A stretch of DNA of 64,000 bases from an uncultured cyanobacterium (GCA_963706595.1 OY970166.1:4928001-4992000), one strand, 5' to 3'. Positions 9,439-21,324 are shown, numbered from the stretch's first letter. A program made the numbers and translations. Notes: generated by a model not told the origin, from the sequence alone.

Positions 9439-10995
9439 TCACGCCCGAATCACCGTAATCCGACGTTGATTTTCCGTCACCACAACCTGGGTTGATAAAC
9501 GTTCTTCCATTGGTAGGGCATTTTTACGCCTATCAAACACAAATAACCAACCAAAATCCAACCCCAAACGCCCTAAATAGGATTCTAACTGCTCAATACC
9601 ATCAGTTTGGGGGTCACGCTTTTTCTCCCGCCATACCTTTAACTCAATACCTAACGTTACACCTTTGTAACGCAGACATAAATCCATTCTGTCACTACCA
9701 ATTGCATACTCCCTTTCCAAGATTCCACCACCATTGACAACACGATGCAAGAAAGCCATTAATACGATGTGAGGGGCAATTTCATGGTAGCCAGTGCTAC
9801 CTAATAACGGTTCTCCGTGCTGTCGCCAAAACTTGAGAAATGCTGCAAGTAACGCATCTATATTTAATTCTCCTTCTGGGGTTAACCAAGTCGGTGCAAT
9901 TCTTGGTAGAGAAGCCATTGGTGTCACCGTTAACACCCTGGGTAAAACTTCCCGATAAATGGGATTAGCAATGGTTAATCCACCTTGGGGGTGCATTTTA
10001 CACAAACCCAAATCAATCACAAATTGAATATCATCATTGGGTATATCCCCCAATTCCAAACCTGCTAACATTGGCTCGATAATTGCTTTTATCCTTGGTT
10101 CTCGTAAGCGTTCCGCTAAACTATCTAAATGAGTATCTTGACGAGCAATTAATATTTCCTTTGCCTGTAAAATGTGTTCTTTGGTAATAGCAATACTTCT
10201 ATCCTTAACCATTTTTTCCACAACTTCTTTAGCCAAAGCATTCACTAACCAAGGTTGTCCTTGGGTTAAATCAAAAGCTGTTGCAGTTGCTTCTGGTGTA
10301 AAAACTTGTCCTGTTTCTTGTGTATGTTGTTGATATAGTTCTACAACTTCTTCAGCATTAAAATTTCTCAGAGTAATGGAAGTGACTTTAATATTAAAAG
10401 GACTGGATGTGTTTAATCTGTCACTACCACCGGATGCTACTTTATAATCTCGCACATCTCTTAAACCAATTAATCCCACCGATGAGGGAAAATTGTCTGG
10501 ACGGTTGGGAAAACCATCTCTTAACTGTCGTAAAATTGAAATCAGAGTTTCATCTTGCAAAGAATCAATTTCATCAATAAATAATACCAAAGGTCGGGGT
10601 GAAGCTGTCGCCCATGCTTGCAAAAAAGCTCTAATTCTTTGTCCTGGTTCTTGGTTTTGCCATTGCTTAACAGGTGGTTGCAATTCATCGGGTAATCGGA
10701 TGGAAATTGTATTATACCAAGTTCCCAAAATCGCCAATTCTGCTGCACCTGGGTCATGATTAAATGCACTTCCTACCTCTACCGATACCATTACTGCTGC
10801 ATAACGTCCTGTATCGGTAAGTTGCTGTGCTAGGGCTAACATTGCTGTGGTTTTCCCTGTTTGTCGTGGTGCATGAAGGACAAAATAACTTTCTTGTTCA
10901 ATCAGCATTGATAAGTCAGGGAGACGACTTGTTGCTGGGAGTGTATAGTGTTTTTCAGGTTTACATGGACCTGCAATATTAAACCAGCGAGGCAT
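9439..10995 (-). CDS. AAA-type ATPase with C-terminal PD-(D/E)xK-like nuclease domain, copy 2
   Basis: Paralogue of 6483-8033; start MPRWFNIAG at 10995 chosen by alignment with copy 1. Confidence 0.75.
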   Translation of the reverse strand: MPRWFNIAGPCKPEKHYTLPATSRLPDLSMLIEQESYFVLHAPRQTGKTTAMLALAQQLTDTGRYAAVMVSVEVGSAFNHDPGAAELAILGTWYNTISIRLPDELQPPVKQWQNQEPGQRIRAFLQAWATASPRPLVLFIDEIDSLQDETLISILRQLRDGFPNRPDNFPSSVGLIGLRDVRDYKVASGGSDRLNTSSPFNIKVTSITLRNFNAEEVVELYQQHTQETGQVFTPEATATAFDLTQGQPWLVNALAKEVVEKMVKDRSIAITKEHILQAKEILIARQDTHLDSLAERLREPRIKAIIEPMLAGLELGDIPNDDIQFVIDLGLCKMHPQGGLTIANPIYREVLPRVLTVTPMASLPRIAPTWLTPEGELNIDALLAAFLKFWRQHGEPLLGSTGYHEIAPHIVLMAFLHRVVNGGGILEREYAIGSDRMDLCLRYKGVTLGIELKVWREKKRDPQTDGIEQLESYLGRLGLDFGWLFVFDRRKNALPMEERLSTQVVVTENQRRITVIRA

Positions 10996-11228
10996 GGGAC
11001 TTTGGCAGTTAGCGGACACTTTGAGTTTAGACGATTTTGGGGTTGGGGAAGGCAATGTAGGGAAGAATTAGGTAATGTCTGAGAAAACCAAAAAACTTTT
11101 AGCAGAGAAAAATCAATGGATTGGCTGCTAGATACCACTTCAGAATCTCCTGATTTAAGGAAACGCTAGGGAATCATTGCACCTATCCTGACAAATCCTG
11201 ACTATATAAGCAATTCCCCAATTTATCA

Positions 11229-11244
11229 CCATATAACTGCTGTG
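11229..11244 (-). other. hupL recombination site CACAGCAGTTATATGG
   Basis: Lies ~500 nt into hupL exactly where homology ends; matches the hupL direct repeat as I recall it from Nostoc PCC 7120. Confidence 0.8.
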
Positions 11245-11739
11245 AGGCCATTGCCCCCCTAATAAAGCATAGATTTCTACAGGTTTGGCGGAAATTGTCA
11301 CACCGATTTCGTAAGACTTACCAGTGTAAGCCGCAAACCTGCGACAAGCTTCTTCATAATAGCGACTACGACGGTATTTTTTATTAGTCAAATCAATGGC
11401 GAACAATCCATAAAAATACCGAGGAATACTTTGGAGAGTTTCGGCAATTTGACCCAAATTTCTCGCCAAAATTGCATTGCGAGGCACTTCTGCACCCCAA
11501 AGGGTATCTAATGCCCAAGATGCACTCGTGAGATGGGAACCACCGCAGATACCGCAAATCCGGGGTGTAACAATTAATCCGGCTTGGGGGTCTTTACCTC
11601 GGAGGATAATTTCAAATCCGCGAAACAGTTCCGCATGTGTCCAGGCGTTAACTACTCGCCCATTATCGATATCGACGCGCACATCTAAATCGCCTTCGAC
11701 TCTACCAACAGGCGAAATATCTAGTGTTTGAATTGTCAT
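11229..11739 (-). CDS. hupL: Uptake [NiFe] hydrogenase large subunit, 5' segment (gene completed by excision)
   Basis: GRVEGDL, RGFEIILRG, PRICGICG (L1 Ni-binding motif); codons past 11229 run into element DNA. Confidence 0.93.
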
Positions 11740-11761
11740 TCTCCTCTCCTTTAATTAATTA

Positions 11762-11840
11762 GTAGGGTGCGTTACAGACATTTCTCCTCATGCACCTAAA
11801 ATCAGAATTGGTGCGTTACGCTACGCGATAACACACCCTA
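11762..11840. repeat. GTAG-type REP-like palindromic repeat (related copies near 2344, 5899, 39152)
   Basis: GTAGGGTGCGTTA...TAACACACCCTAC. Confidence 0.55.
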
Positions 11841-11938
11841 CCTGTACAGAACGGCATAATCAGACTTACACAAAAAAGCTCTCAAATTCTCATAACTCTG
11901 TGTACTTTGTGCCTCTGCGGTTCGTTTCTTCCTGACTT

Positions 11939-12901
<963 letters not shown>

Positions 12902-13317
12902 TAGCTACACGTTTATCTATTGTTGATCATACCGGATCGAGGTGATAGGACTTGTAGAGTATCACCTGTTTACTAATACTTATTTATAAATATAATCTAT
13001 GATTTGTAAAAATTAAATTTCATTAAATAAAAATTAATTATTTAGGTAAGTTAGTACAAAACAAAATTAATTCCCACAATCAGCAATGGCAAAATAGATG
13101 TTAAATATCTTATGTGTTTAAAGCTGACATTAATATTAGCAATTTCCCCATAGAATTTCAGAAATAGATTGTTCTATAGTAAAAAAATTGATGAAAAGAC
13201 GCGATGATCGATAGACGCGATTCATCGCGTCTCTACAAGGGTGTGGGATTCAAAATCTGCGTAAATCCGCTTAGTTAATAAACCCACTTGATGGGCGTTG
13301 ACAAAATTAAGGCAGTT

Positions 13318-14295
13318 ATGAACCCCAGCATTACAGATTCAGCAGTTAAGGCGGCGATCGCAGCTATCGGATCAGAGTCAGCGACAGCAGCAGAGAAAAT
13401 CGAGATGCTGATCGAAATGGCACAAGGCTTTCATAAGCAGCCTAAAACCGCCCAAGATTTGCGGAACGCAGTGGGGCTATATTACCGAGCATATCAGATG
13501 TGTGGTGAGGAGTACGCCCTATTGAAAGCCCGCGCCTTGGTGGGGATGGCAGGGACGTTACAGAGTATTCCTGATCAAGGTTCTCAACTGCTGCTGCAAG
13601 CGAAAGCCAGTTATGAAGAGGCTTTGCCTATTTTACAACAATTAGCTTTGCCAGAAGAATTAGCCGAGGCACAGATGAATTTTGGGTTGGTGTTGCAGTC
13701 TTTAGTACCATTCAATTTGGCACGCATGACGGACAGTATCAAAGCTTATCATCAGGCTTTGGAGGTGTTTACCTGGGAGGATTACCCACAAGAATACGCA
13801 ATTTTATACAATAATATTGCGATCGCCTACCTTTCCATGCCCATGTCATCAGAACGGGAATATTTGCGTCAGGGTTTAGCAGTGCAGTCATTTGAAGTGG
13901 CATTAAAGCATATTAACTTAATTGACCATCCCAGGGAATATGCAATGTTACAGAACAACTTGGGTAACGCGTTGCAATATTTAGTCAGTTCCCATCCTGT
14001 AGATAATAACTTACGTGCGATCGCCGCTTATGACGAAGCCTTAAAAGTGCGTAACGCCAGAGACACACCCTTAGAATATGCTAACACCATATCTAACAAA
14101 GCTAACGCCTTATTCAACTTACCCGATGACCTCGAAAAACCAGAAGCTGGTAATCCTCAAAATCTGTTAAAAGCATATACCTACTATCAAGAAGCTTGGG
14201 GAATATTTACCCAAAATCAGCAAACAGCACAAGCAGAAGCCGTCGCCCAAGCCATACAAGATGTAGAAGTAGAAATGCGAGTAGGTATGGATTAG
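13318..14295 (+). CDS. TPR-repeat protein of the extended hyp operon
   Basis: Repeated EYA..NN.G.A helices; context. Confidence 0.8.
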   Translation: MNPSITDSAVKAAIAAIGSESATAAEKIEMLIEMAQGFHKQPKTAQDLRNAVGLYYRAYQMCGEEYALLKARALVGMAGTLQSIPDQGSQLLLQAKASYEEALPILQQLALPEELAEAQMNFGLVLQSLVPFNLARMTDSIKAYHQALEVFTWEDYPQEYAILYNNIAIAYLSMPMSSEREYLRQGLAVQSFEVALKHINLIDHPREYAMLQNNLGNALQYLVSSHPVDNNLRAIAAYDEALKVRNARDTPLEYANTISNKANALFNLPDDLEKPEAGNPQNLLKAYTYYQEAWGIFTQNQQTAQAEAVAQAIQDVEVEMRVGMD

Positions 14296-14327
14296 CCTGG
14301 CATTTTTCCCCTCATTTCATAACTACC

Positions 14328-14594
14328 ATGACAGAAATTTTGAACAACCCAGAAATCAGAGATTTTCTCACAAGTTTAGCAGCAGGTGAATTGAACATCG
14401 CCACAGAATTCGCCTGGATAGTCATAGCCACAGCCTTATCAATGATTAGTGGTGCTATTGGCGCAATGCTGTTAGCTGGGAAAGACATTGGTTATCAATT
14501 TGCAGCAACATTAGGCGCATTATTTGGACCGGCTGGTGTAATTCCCGCCATATTCTTAAGTTTTGCCGTACTAAAATTATTCACCAATTATTAG
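14328..14594 (+). CDS. Small membrane protein of the hyp region
   Basis: Two hydrophobic segments; ATG at 14328. Confidence 0.7.
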   Translation: MTEILNNPEIRDFLTSLAAGELNIATEFAWIVIATALSMISGAIGAMLLAGKDIGYQFAATLGALFGPAGVIPAIFLSFAVLKLFTNY

Positions 14595-14602
14595 GAGTAA
14601 TC

Positions 14603-14827
14603 ATGTTTGAAATTGCATGGCTTTCAGCGAAATTATTTTTCAAAGGAAAACTACTGCGCGATCGCAGATATTTTTTCAAACAAATTGTGATTGGTACAAG
14701 CATTGCTTCCATGATCATCCTATCATTATCGCAAACAAAATTACCCCTTTGGCTACCAATAACAGTATCTAGTTTAGTCACAGGTACAGTAATGCCATTT
14801 CTCCTCAAAGATTTCAAAATGAAATAG
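14603..14827 (+). CDS. Small membrane protein of the hyp region
   Basis: AGGAG RBS; two hydrophobic segments. Confidence 0.7.
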   Translation: MFEIAWLSAKLFFKGKLLRDRRYFFKQIVIGTSIASMIILSLSQTKLPLWLPITVSSLVTGTVMPFLLKDFKMK

Positions 14828-15021
14828 ATATCCTGACAGATAAACCTCCCAATTTAGTAAAAACATAGAATACCGACGCAAAAGACCTATTAAACCCTCT
14901 TACCTTGGCGTTCTTTGCGTCTAAAGCCCAGGGGGCATACGCTGCGCGTTAGCGGAGCTTCGCTTTAGCGATAGGCGGTTCGTTCTAAATTTATTTCCCA
15001 ACGAATAAAGACGAGATAATA

Positions 15022-15855
15022 ATGACAAAACTGGAAGAACTAATTCAAGAAATCAATCGATTTGAAGCAATAATAGCCCAATGGGATGAAAGCCAAAGAT
15101 GTGTAGCAGTAGGACTAAAAAGAGCCATCGAAGACTTACATAAAGCAGCACTAACACATTTAATCAAAAGCCTGAAACAAGAATCAATGTCAGCCTTGCG
15201 CCAAGCCGTAGACGATGAAATAGTATATTCAGTTTTGCTTTATCACGAACTAATTAAACCACCACAAGCACCATTAATAGAAAGAATTCAAACAGCCTTA
15301 GAAGAAGTGCGCCCAGGTTTAAAAAGCCATGATGGCGATGTAGAATTTATCGCCATTAAACCACCAGATACGGTCGAAGTTAAATTAATTGGAAGTTGTA
15401 GCAGTTGTCCGACTTCAACTTTAACTTTAACTCAGAGTGTAGAACAGGCAATAAAAAATCATTGTCCCGAAATTACTAAAGTTGTAGCAGTCAATCATAC
15501 TTCCACTGACAACAGTCCATTTACGCCAGAAGATACCTCTACTTGGGTTAAACTAACAACAATTGATCAAATTCCTGAATCTGGGATATTGACAGGTAAA
15601 GTTGGCAAAAATTCCTTAATTTTATATCGCCAAGGTGAAAATGTTACCTGTTATCTAAATGCTTGTCCACATTTAGCAACTCCCTTGGATATGGGGAAAT
15701 TAGATCATGGTATTCTAACTTGTAAATCGCATGGATTTCAGTATAACTTAGAAACTGGCGAATGTTTAACTGTTGCTGATGTCCCATTACAGTCATATCC
15801 AGTCCAAATTAAAGGTGAGAAAGTTTTTGTAAAATTGCCCAAATATTCAATTTAA
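15022..15855 (+). CDS. NifU-C domain fused to a Rieske ferredoxin domain
   Basis: VRPGLKSHDGDVE...GSCSSCP; CPH...CKSHG Rieske ligands. Confidence 0.85.
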   Translation: MTKLEELIQEINRFEAIIAQWDESQRCVAVGLKRAIEDLHKAALTHLIKSLKQESMSALRQAVDDEIVYSVLLYHELIKPPQAPLIERIQTALEEVRPGLKSHDGDVEFIAIKPPDTVEVKLIGSCSSCPTSTLTLTQSVEQAIKNHCPEITKVVAVNHTSTDNSPFTPEDTSTWVKLTTIDQIPESGILTGKVGKNSLILYRQGENVTCYLNACPHLATPLDMGKLDHGILTCKSHGFQYNLETGECLTVADVPLQSYPVQIKGEKVFVKLPKYSI

Positions 15856-15932
15856 TTGCAAAATTGCCACCATTGATACACGTTGATATCAGCCAATGAG
15901 TTTAAATAACGATCAGTGTTTATCTCCGGTTC

Positions 15933-17108
15933 ATGGATATACCCATAAATCTTAATCCTGCATTAGACTTATTACCTTTATTATCTGATAGTCCCAAAGT
16001 TATTTTAGGTAATATTCTTGAACCAGAAATATTAGCTATACCTATAGCACCTAGTCCGATAAATATGTTCGGTCCGCGTAGTGCTTGTTTATTATCTGAA
16101 ACAGGGTCTTTGTGGGTATCAGATACAGGACATCATCGATTATTGGGATGGCGAAATTTACCCACCAGAGATAGTCAACCGGCTGACTGGGTAATTGGAC
16201 AACCTGATTTTTATCATGAAGGTCAAAATGCTAAAGGTACACCAGGAAGAAATACTTTTAGTGTCCCCACATTAATTTGTGCTTGTGGTACAGGTTTAGC
16301 AGTAGCTGATGCTTGGAATCATCGGATATTGATTTGGAAAAATGTCCCAGAAGATAGTCATGTTCCAGCAGATTTGGTGTTAGGACAAGCTGATTTTAGC
16401 CAAAATGAACCAAATAGAGGAACTCATCAAGCTGCTGCTAATACTATGCACTGGCCTTATGGTGTTTTCTATCACCAAGGAAAGCTATTTGTCGCTGATA
16501 CGGGAAATCGCAGGTTATTAATTTGGCAGCAATTACCGACAGAAAATGGTCAACCGGCTGACTTAGTTTTGGGACAACCAGACATGATATCTCGCAACGA
16601 AAATGGGGGGAGTTCTCCGACTGCGGCGAGTATGCGTTGGTGTCATGATATTACTATTTGGGGAGACAATTTAGTTGTAGCTGATGCTGGTAATCACCGG
16701 GTGATGATTTGGGAGGGAATACCTACAGAAAATAATGCCCCTTGTGCGGTGGTTTTAGGACAAAAAAGTTTTGATTCTGTGGAAATGAATCAAGGTGTTT
16801 ATTTGCCTAGTGCTAGCAGTTTAAGTATGCCTTATGGTGTAGCGGTTGGTAATGATTGTTTGATGGTTGCTGATACTGCAAATTCTCGTTTGTTAGGATG
16901 GAGAAAGCCGGAGTCTCAATTTTTATCCGGGGCGGTTGCTGATGGTTTGGCGGGACAAGTTAGTTTTAAATCTAAGGGTGAAAATCGTGATTTTGGATTA
17001 CCTGGGCGAGATACTTTGAATTGGTGTTATGGGGTGAAGGTTTTTGGTGATGTGGCGATAATTGCTGATTCTGGGAATAATCGGGTTTTGTTGTGGGGTT
17101 TGGAGTAA
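15933..17108 (+). CDS. NHL-repeat protein of the hyp region
   Basis: Repeated VADxGNxR and ADLVLGQ motifs. Confidence 0.85.
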   Translation: MDIPINLNPALDLLPLLSDSPKVILGNILEPEILAIPIAPSPINMFGPRSACLLSETGSLWVSDTGHHRLLGWRNLPTRDSQPADWVIGQPDFYHEGQNAKGTPGRNTFSVPTLICACGTGLAVADAWNHRILIWKNVPEDSHVPADLVLGQADFSQNEPNRGTHQAAANTMHWPYGVFYHQGKLFVADTGNRRLLIWQQLPTENGQPADLVLGQPDMISRNENGGSSPTAASMRWCHDITIWGDNLVVADAGNHRVMIWEGIPTENNAPCAVVLGQKSFDSVEMNQGVYLPSASSLSMPYGVAVGNDCLMVADTANSRLLGWRKPESQFLSGAVADGLAGQVSFKSKGENRDFGLPGRDTLNWCYGVKVFGDVAIIADSGNNRVLLWGLE

Positions 17109-17150
17109 GAGGTGTTTCACGCAAAGGCGCAAAGACGCAAAGTAAGAAGA

Positions 17151-19494
17151 ATGGAAGAGATTCGGGTTCGGGGGACTGTTCAAGGTGTGGGATTTCGTCC
17201 TACTGTTTATCGTCTGGCTAAGGTTTGTGGTTTGTTTGGTGATGTTTGTAATGATGGAGAGGGTGTTTTAATTCGGGTTTCGGGGAGTGAGGCGGCTATT
17301 ACGGAGTTTATCAACAAACTATATATTGAATGTCCTCCTTTGGGGAAAATTCAGGAGTTGACGAGAGTTTGTTATGAAGGTGATGGGGATTTTACTGATT
17401 TTGTGATTTCTCGTAGTGTGAGTGGTTCTAAAAATACAGAAGTTACTCCTGATGCGGCGATTTGTCCCCAATGTCAACAGGAAATTTTTGACCCTTTTAG
17501 CCGTTTTTATCGTTACCCTTTTACTAATTGTACTCATTGCGGTCCTCGCTTCAGTATCATTCGTGGGATTCCTTACGATAGATGCAATACCAGTATGTCT
17601 GCGTTTGCTATGTGTGCTGAATGTGAAGGGGAGTATGAAAATGTAGAAAATCGCCGTTTTCACGCCCAACCTGTAGCTTGTCATACTTGCGGACCGAATG
17701 CTTGGTTAGAACGGGCTGATGGTAAACCTGTTACGGCTTCGATGTTTTCAATGATGGATGATGTTGATGCTGTTTGTACTCTGTTGCAAAAAGGCGAAAT
17801 TGTGGCTATTAAAGGGTTGGGTGGTATTCATCTAGCTTGTGACGCAACTCAAGAAGCTGCTGTACAAAAATTGCGTCAGCGTAAACGACGTTATCACAAA
17901 CCTTTGGCTTTAATGGCGCGAGATATAGGAGTAATTACAGAATATTGTACTGTTAATACAAAAGAAAAAGAATTATTAGCAAGTTCTGCTGCGCCTATTG
18001 TATTGTTACAGAAAAATCCTGAATGTCTAATTGCGCCTTCTGTTTCACCGGGACTAAATCATATCGGGTTTATGTTACCTTATACGCCTTTACATCATTT
18101 AATTTTGCGGCGGATGAATCGCCCGATTGTGTTGACGAGTGGGAATATTGCTGATGAACCACAATGTATTGATAATGGAGAAGCTAGAGAAAAGTTAGGT
18201 CATATTGCTGATTATTTTCTTTTGCATAATCGAGATATTGTGAATCGAGTAGATGATTCTGTTGTGCGGGTGATTGATAATCAAGTAAAAGTTATTCGCC
18301 GGGCTAGAGGATATGCACCAGCACCGATAATTTTACCACCTGGTTTTGAGAATGTAACGCCAATTTTAGCAATGGGTAGCGAGTTGAAAAATACCTTTTG
18401 TTTATTACGCGACAATGAAGCAATTCTTTCTCAACATTTGGGTGATTTAGAAAATGCTGCGGCTTTTCATGCTTATCAAGATACACTCAATTTATATTTA
18501 AATTTATTTGAGCATCAACCAGAGGCGATCGCTATTGATAAACACCCTGAATATCTTGCCACAAAACTCGGTAAAGAAATCGCATCTGTTAATAAACTTA
18601 AACTTCATCCTATCCAACATCATCACGCCCATATTGCTGCTTGTATGGCAGAAAATGGCATTCCTTTAGATTCTCCCCCAGTTTTAGGTATTGCTTTAGA
18701 TGGATTAGGTTATGGCGAAGATGGCAAATTTTGGGGAGGAGAATTTCTGTTAGCAGATTATCGAAAGTTTCAGCGCCTCGCAACATTTAAACCAGTGGCG
18801 ATGATTGGCGGTGAAAAAGCAATTTATCAGCCTTGGCGTAACACCTACGCCCACTTACTCAATGCTGATATTTGGGACGAATGCCAACAAAAATATTCTG
18901 AGTTGGAAATTATCAAATTTTTGCAACAACAGCCATTACAGGTACTTAAACAGGCTGTAGAAAAAGGAATTAACTCGCCGCTAGCCTCATCCGTAGGGAG
19001 GTTGTTTGATGCAGTAGCTGCGGCTATCGGCATTTATCCAGAAGAATGTAGCTATGAAGGACAGAGTGCGATCGCAATGGAAGCCTTAGTAAAACCTAGC
19101 AGCTTAAATAATTATGAAGAAACGCTAAATTATCCTTTTAATCTTAACTTTTCAGATAGCATTTATTATATAGACTCAAAACCAATGTGGCAAGCCCTGC
19201 TTCAAGACTTGCAAAAACAGATTAGTCAATCAGAGATAGCTACAAAATTCCATAAATGTTTAGCTCAAATTATTGTAAATGTAGTTAAACATCTTGCTCA
19301 AGAAAACCTGATTAATCAAGTTGTATTAACCGGAGGAGTATTTCAGAACTGTATTTTATTAACACAAGTTACTCAGGGCTTACAAAAGTTAGGACATAAA
19401 CGTAATAACTCACAGTTTACTACCCTCCAACGACGGCAACATATCACTAGGACAAGCAGTAATTACAGCCGCCCAATTAATCCCCAACTCTTAA
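17151..19494 (+). CDS. hypF: Carbamoyltransferase HypF with an apparent one-base insertion at 19394/19395
   Basis: GTVQGVGFRP, Zn fingers, QHHHAH; the normal C-terminus INVITHSLLPSNDGNISLGQA* lies in a shifted frame ending 19494. Confidence 0.9.
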
Positions 19495-19547
19495 TCTTCA
19501 CTCTGCGTTCTCTGCGCCTCTGTGGTTCGTTATATCCAGAAAAAAAA

Positions 19548-19808
19548 ATGTGCTTAGGAATCCCCGGACAAATAGTAGAAATCAGCGACATTAACCATAA
19601 ACTAGCCATAGTTAATATAGCTGGAGTCAAACGCCAAATAAACATAGCCTGCATAGTCAACGAACAACATCCCCCCGAAAAATGTATAGGAGATTGGGTA
19701 TTAGTTCACGTAGGCTTCGCCATGAATCGTATCAACGAACAAGAAGCAGCCGAAACATTAAAACTATTAGAAGAACTAGCAACAGCCCAAGCCCAAATAA
19801 CCAACTAA
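19548..19808 (+). CDS. hypC: Hydrogenase chaperone HypC
   Basis: MCLGIPGQI...GDWVLVHVGFAM. Confidence 0.93.
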   Translation: MCLGIPGQIVEISDINHKLAIVNIAGVKRQINIACIVNEQHPPEKCIGDWVLVHVGFAMNRINEQEAAETLKLLEELATAQAQITN

Positions 19809-19886
19809 AACTCCTCCTCCTCCTTGGCGTACTTGGCGACTTGGCGGTTCGTTTAAAACCCCCCTAAAAAAAAGCGAAAATACCCC

Positions 19887-21026
19887 ATGAAATACGTCAA
19901 CGAATTTCGAGAACCTGAAAAAGCCGCAGCCTTACGCAACCAAATAACCCAACTATGCGACCAACTAAAAAAACCCATAAAACTGATGGAAGTATGCGGT
20001 GGACATACCCATTCCATATTTAAATACGGTATAGAAGACATCCTACCCCCCAACCTAGAACTCATCCACGGGCCTGGTTGTCCAGTATGCGTCATGCCAA
20101 AAGGGAGATTAGACGATGCGATCGCCATATCCCAAAATCATAACGTCATTCTCGCCACATTTGGCGACACCATGAGAGTTCCCGGTTCCCATACCAACCT
20201 CCTGCAAGCCAAAGCCCAAGGCGCAGATATCCGCATGGTATACTCCCCCCTGGATAGCCTGCAAATCGCCAGAGACAACCCAGACAAAGAAATAGTCTTC
20301 TTCGCCCTCGGCTTTGAAACCACCGCCCCCAGTACCGCCCTCACCATATTGCAAGCAGCAGCCGAAAACATCACCAACTTTAGTATGTTTTCCAATCATG
20401 TTCTTGTTATACCAGCCCTTCAAGCCCTACTAGATAACCCAGATTTACAACTAGATGGATTTATTGGGCCTGGTCATGTCAGCATGGTAATTGGTACAGA
20501 ACCATATCAATTTATTGCCCAAAAATATGATAAACCCATAGTAATTTCCGGCTTTGAACCCTTAGATATCTTGCAATCAATTTGGATGATATTACAGCAG
20601 TTAGTAGAAAACCGTTGTGAAGTAGAAAACCAATATAACAGATTAGTAGAACCAGCCGGAAATTTAGTCGCATTGCAAGCCATGAACCAAGTATTTGCAG
20701 TGCGAGAAAAATTTGATTGGCGAGGCTTAGGTGAAATACCGGAATCAGGCTTAAAAATTCGGGCTGAATACGCCCAATTCGATGCCGAAAATAAATTTAT
20801 TATTCCTAACTTAAAAGTAGCAGACCATAAAGCTTGTAAATGTGGAGAAATTCTCAAAGGAGTCTTAAAACCTTGGGAATGTAAAGTATTTGGTACAGCT
20901 TGCACACCAGAAACACCCATTGGTAGCTGCATGGTTTCATCAGAAGGTGCGTGTGCAGCCTACTACAAATATGGACGACTTTCTGCAATTAGTAAAAAAG
21001 CCCAAAAATTAGCCACATCCAAATAA
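19887..21026 (+). CDS. hypD: Hydrogenase maturation protein HypD
   Basis: MEVCGGHTH, GPGCPVC, GFETT, PGHVS, CMVSSEGACAA. Confidence 0.96.
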   Translation: MKYVNEFREPEKAAALRNQITQLCDQLKKPIKLMEVCGGHTHSIFKYGIEDILPPNLELIHGPGCPVCVMPKGRLDDAIAISQNHNVILATFGDTMRVPGSHTNLLQAKAQGADIRMVYSPLDSLQIARDNPDKEIVFFALGFETTAPSTALTILQAAAENITNFSMFSNHVLVIPALQALLDNPDLQLDGFIGPGHVSMVIGTEPYQFIAQKYDKPIVISGFEPLDILQSIWMILQQLVENRCEVENQYNRLVEPAGNLVALQAMNQVFAVREKFDWRGLGEIPESGLKIRAEYAQFDAENKFIIPNLKVADHKACKCGEILKGVLKPWECKVFGTACTPETPIGSCMVSSEGACAAYYKYGRLSAISKKAQKLATSK

Positions 21027-21044
21027 CTATAACTATTCTCTAAC

Positions 21045-21082
21045 TCCCCTCCTCGCTTGCGGGGAGGGGCTGGGGGTGGGGT
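21045..21082. repeat. Hairpin plus G-tract dispersed repeat (relatives at ~22627, 40109, 44659)
   Basis: CCCCTCCTCGCTTGCGGGGAGGGG followed by G-runs; identical core at 40109. Confidence 0.6.
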
Positions 21083-21108
21083 GATTCACAAACTAGGAGA
21101 AAAAATAT

Positions 21109-21324
21109 ATGCCATTTATCACAGTCCAAATAGCCAAAGGTCACTCAGTCGAGAAAAAGCGCCAACTAGTCAAAGCACTAACCGAGACACTAATTGAAAC
21201 CTTGGGTGCTAAACCAGAATGGATAACCATACATATTGACGAATTTGAGCGAGAAAATTGGGCAGTTGGCGGTCAATTGCATATAGATAAACACAGTGGT
21301 AGACATAAAGAAAAAGGCATCTAA
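21109..21324 (+). CDS. 4-oxalocrotonate tautomerase family protein
   Basis: MPFITVQI...EKKRQLV...ENWAVGG. Confidence 0.88.
   Translation: MPFITVQIAKGHSVEKKRQLVKALTETLIETLGAKPEWITIHIDEFERENWAVGGQLHIDKHSGRHKEKGI

Larger units (their letters stand above)
1..11244. mobile_element. hupL-interrupting excision element (heterocyst DNA rearrangement element); other border lies left of the window
   Basis: hupL homology stops after ...GGQWPHSSYMV at ~11229, at the 16-bp site; xisC-like gene at the far end; accessory cargo in between. Confidence 0.88.

Noticed and set aside
6536..9737. Duplicated 81-aa ORFs at 6536-6781 and 9492-9737
   Set aside because: Antisense shadows of the duplicated AAA gene 3' ends
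11155..11739. hupL as a truncated pseudogene
   Set aside because: The break coincides with the excision-element recombination site and xisC is present
17112..19808. Novel 898-aa HypF-HypC fusion protein
   Set aside because: The normal HypF C-terminus is present in a shifted frame and the linker translates intergenic repeat DNA
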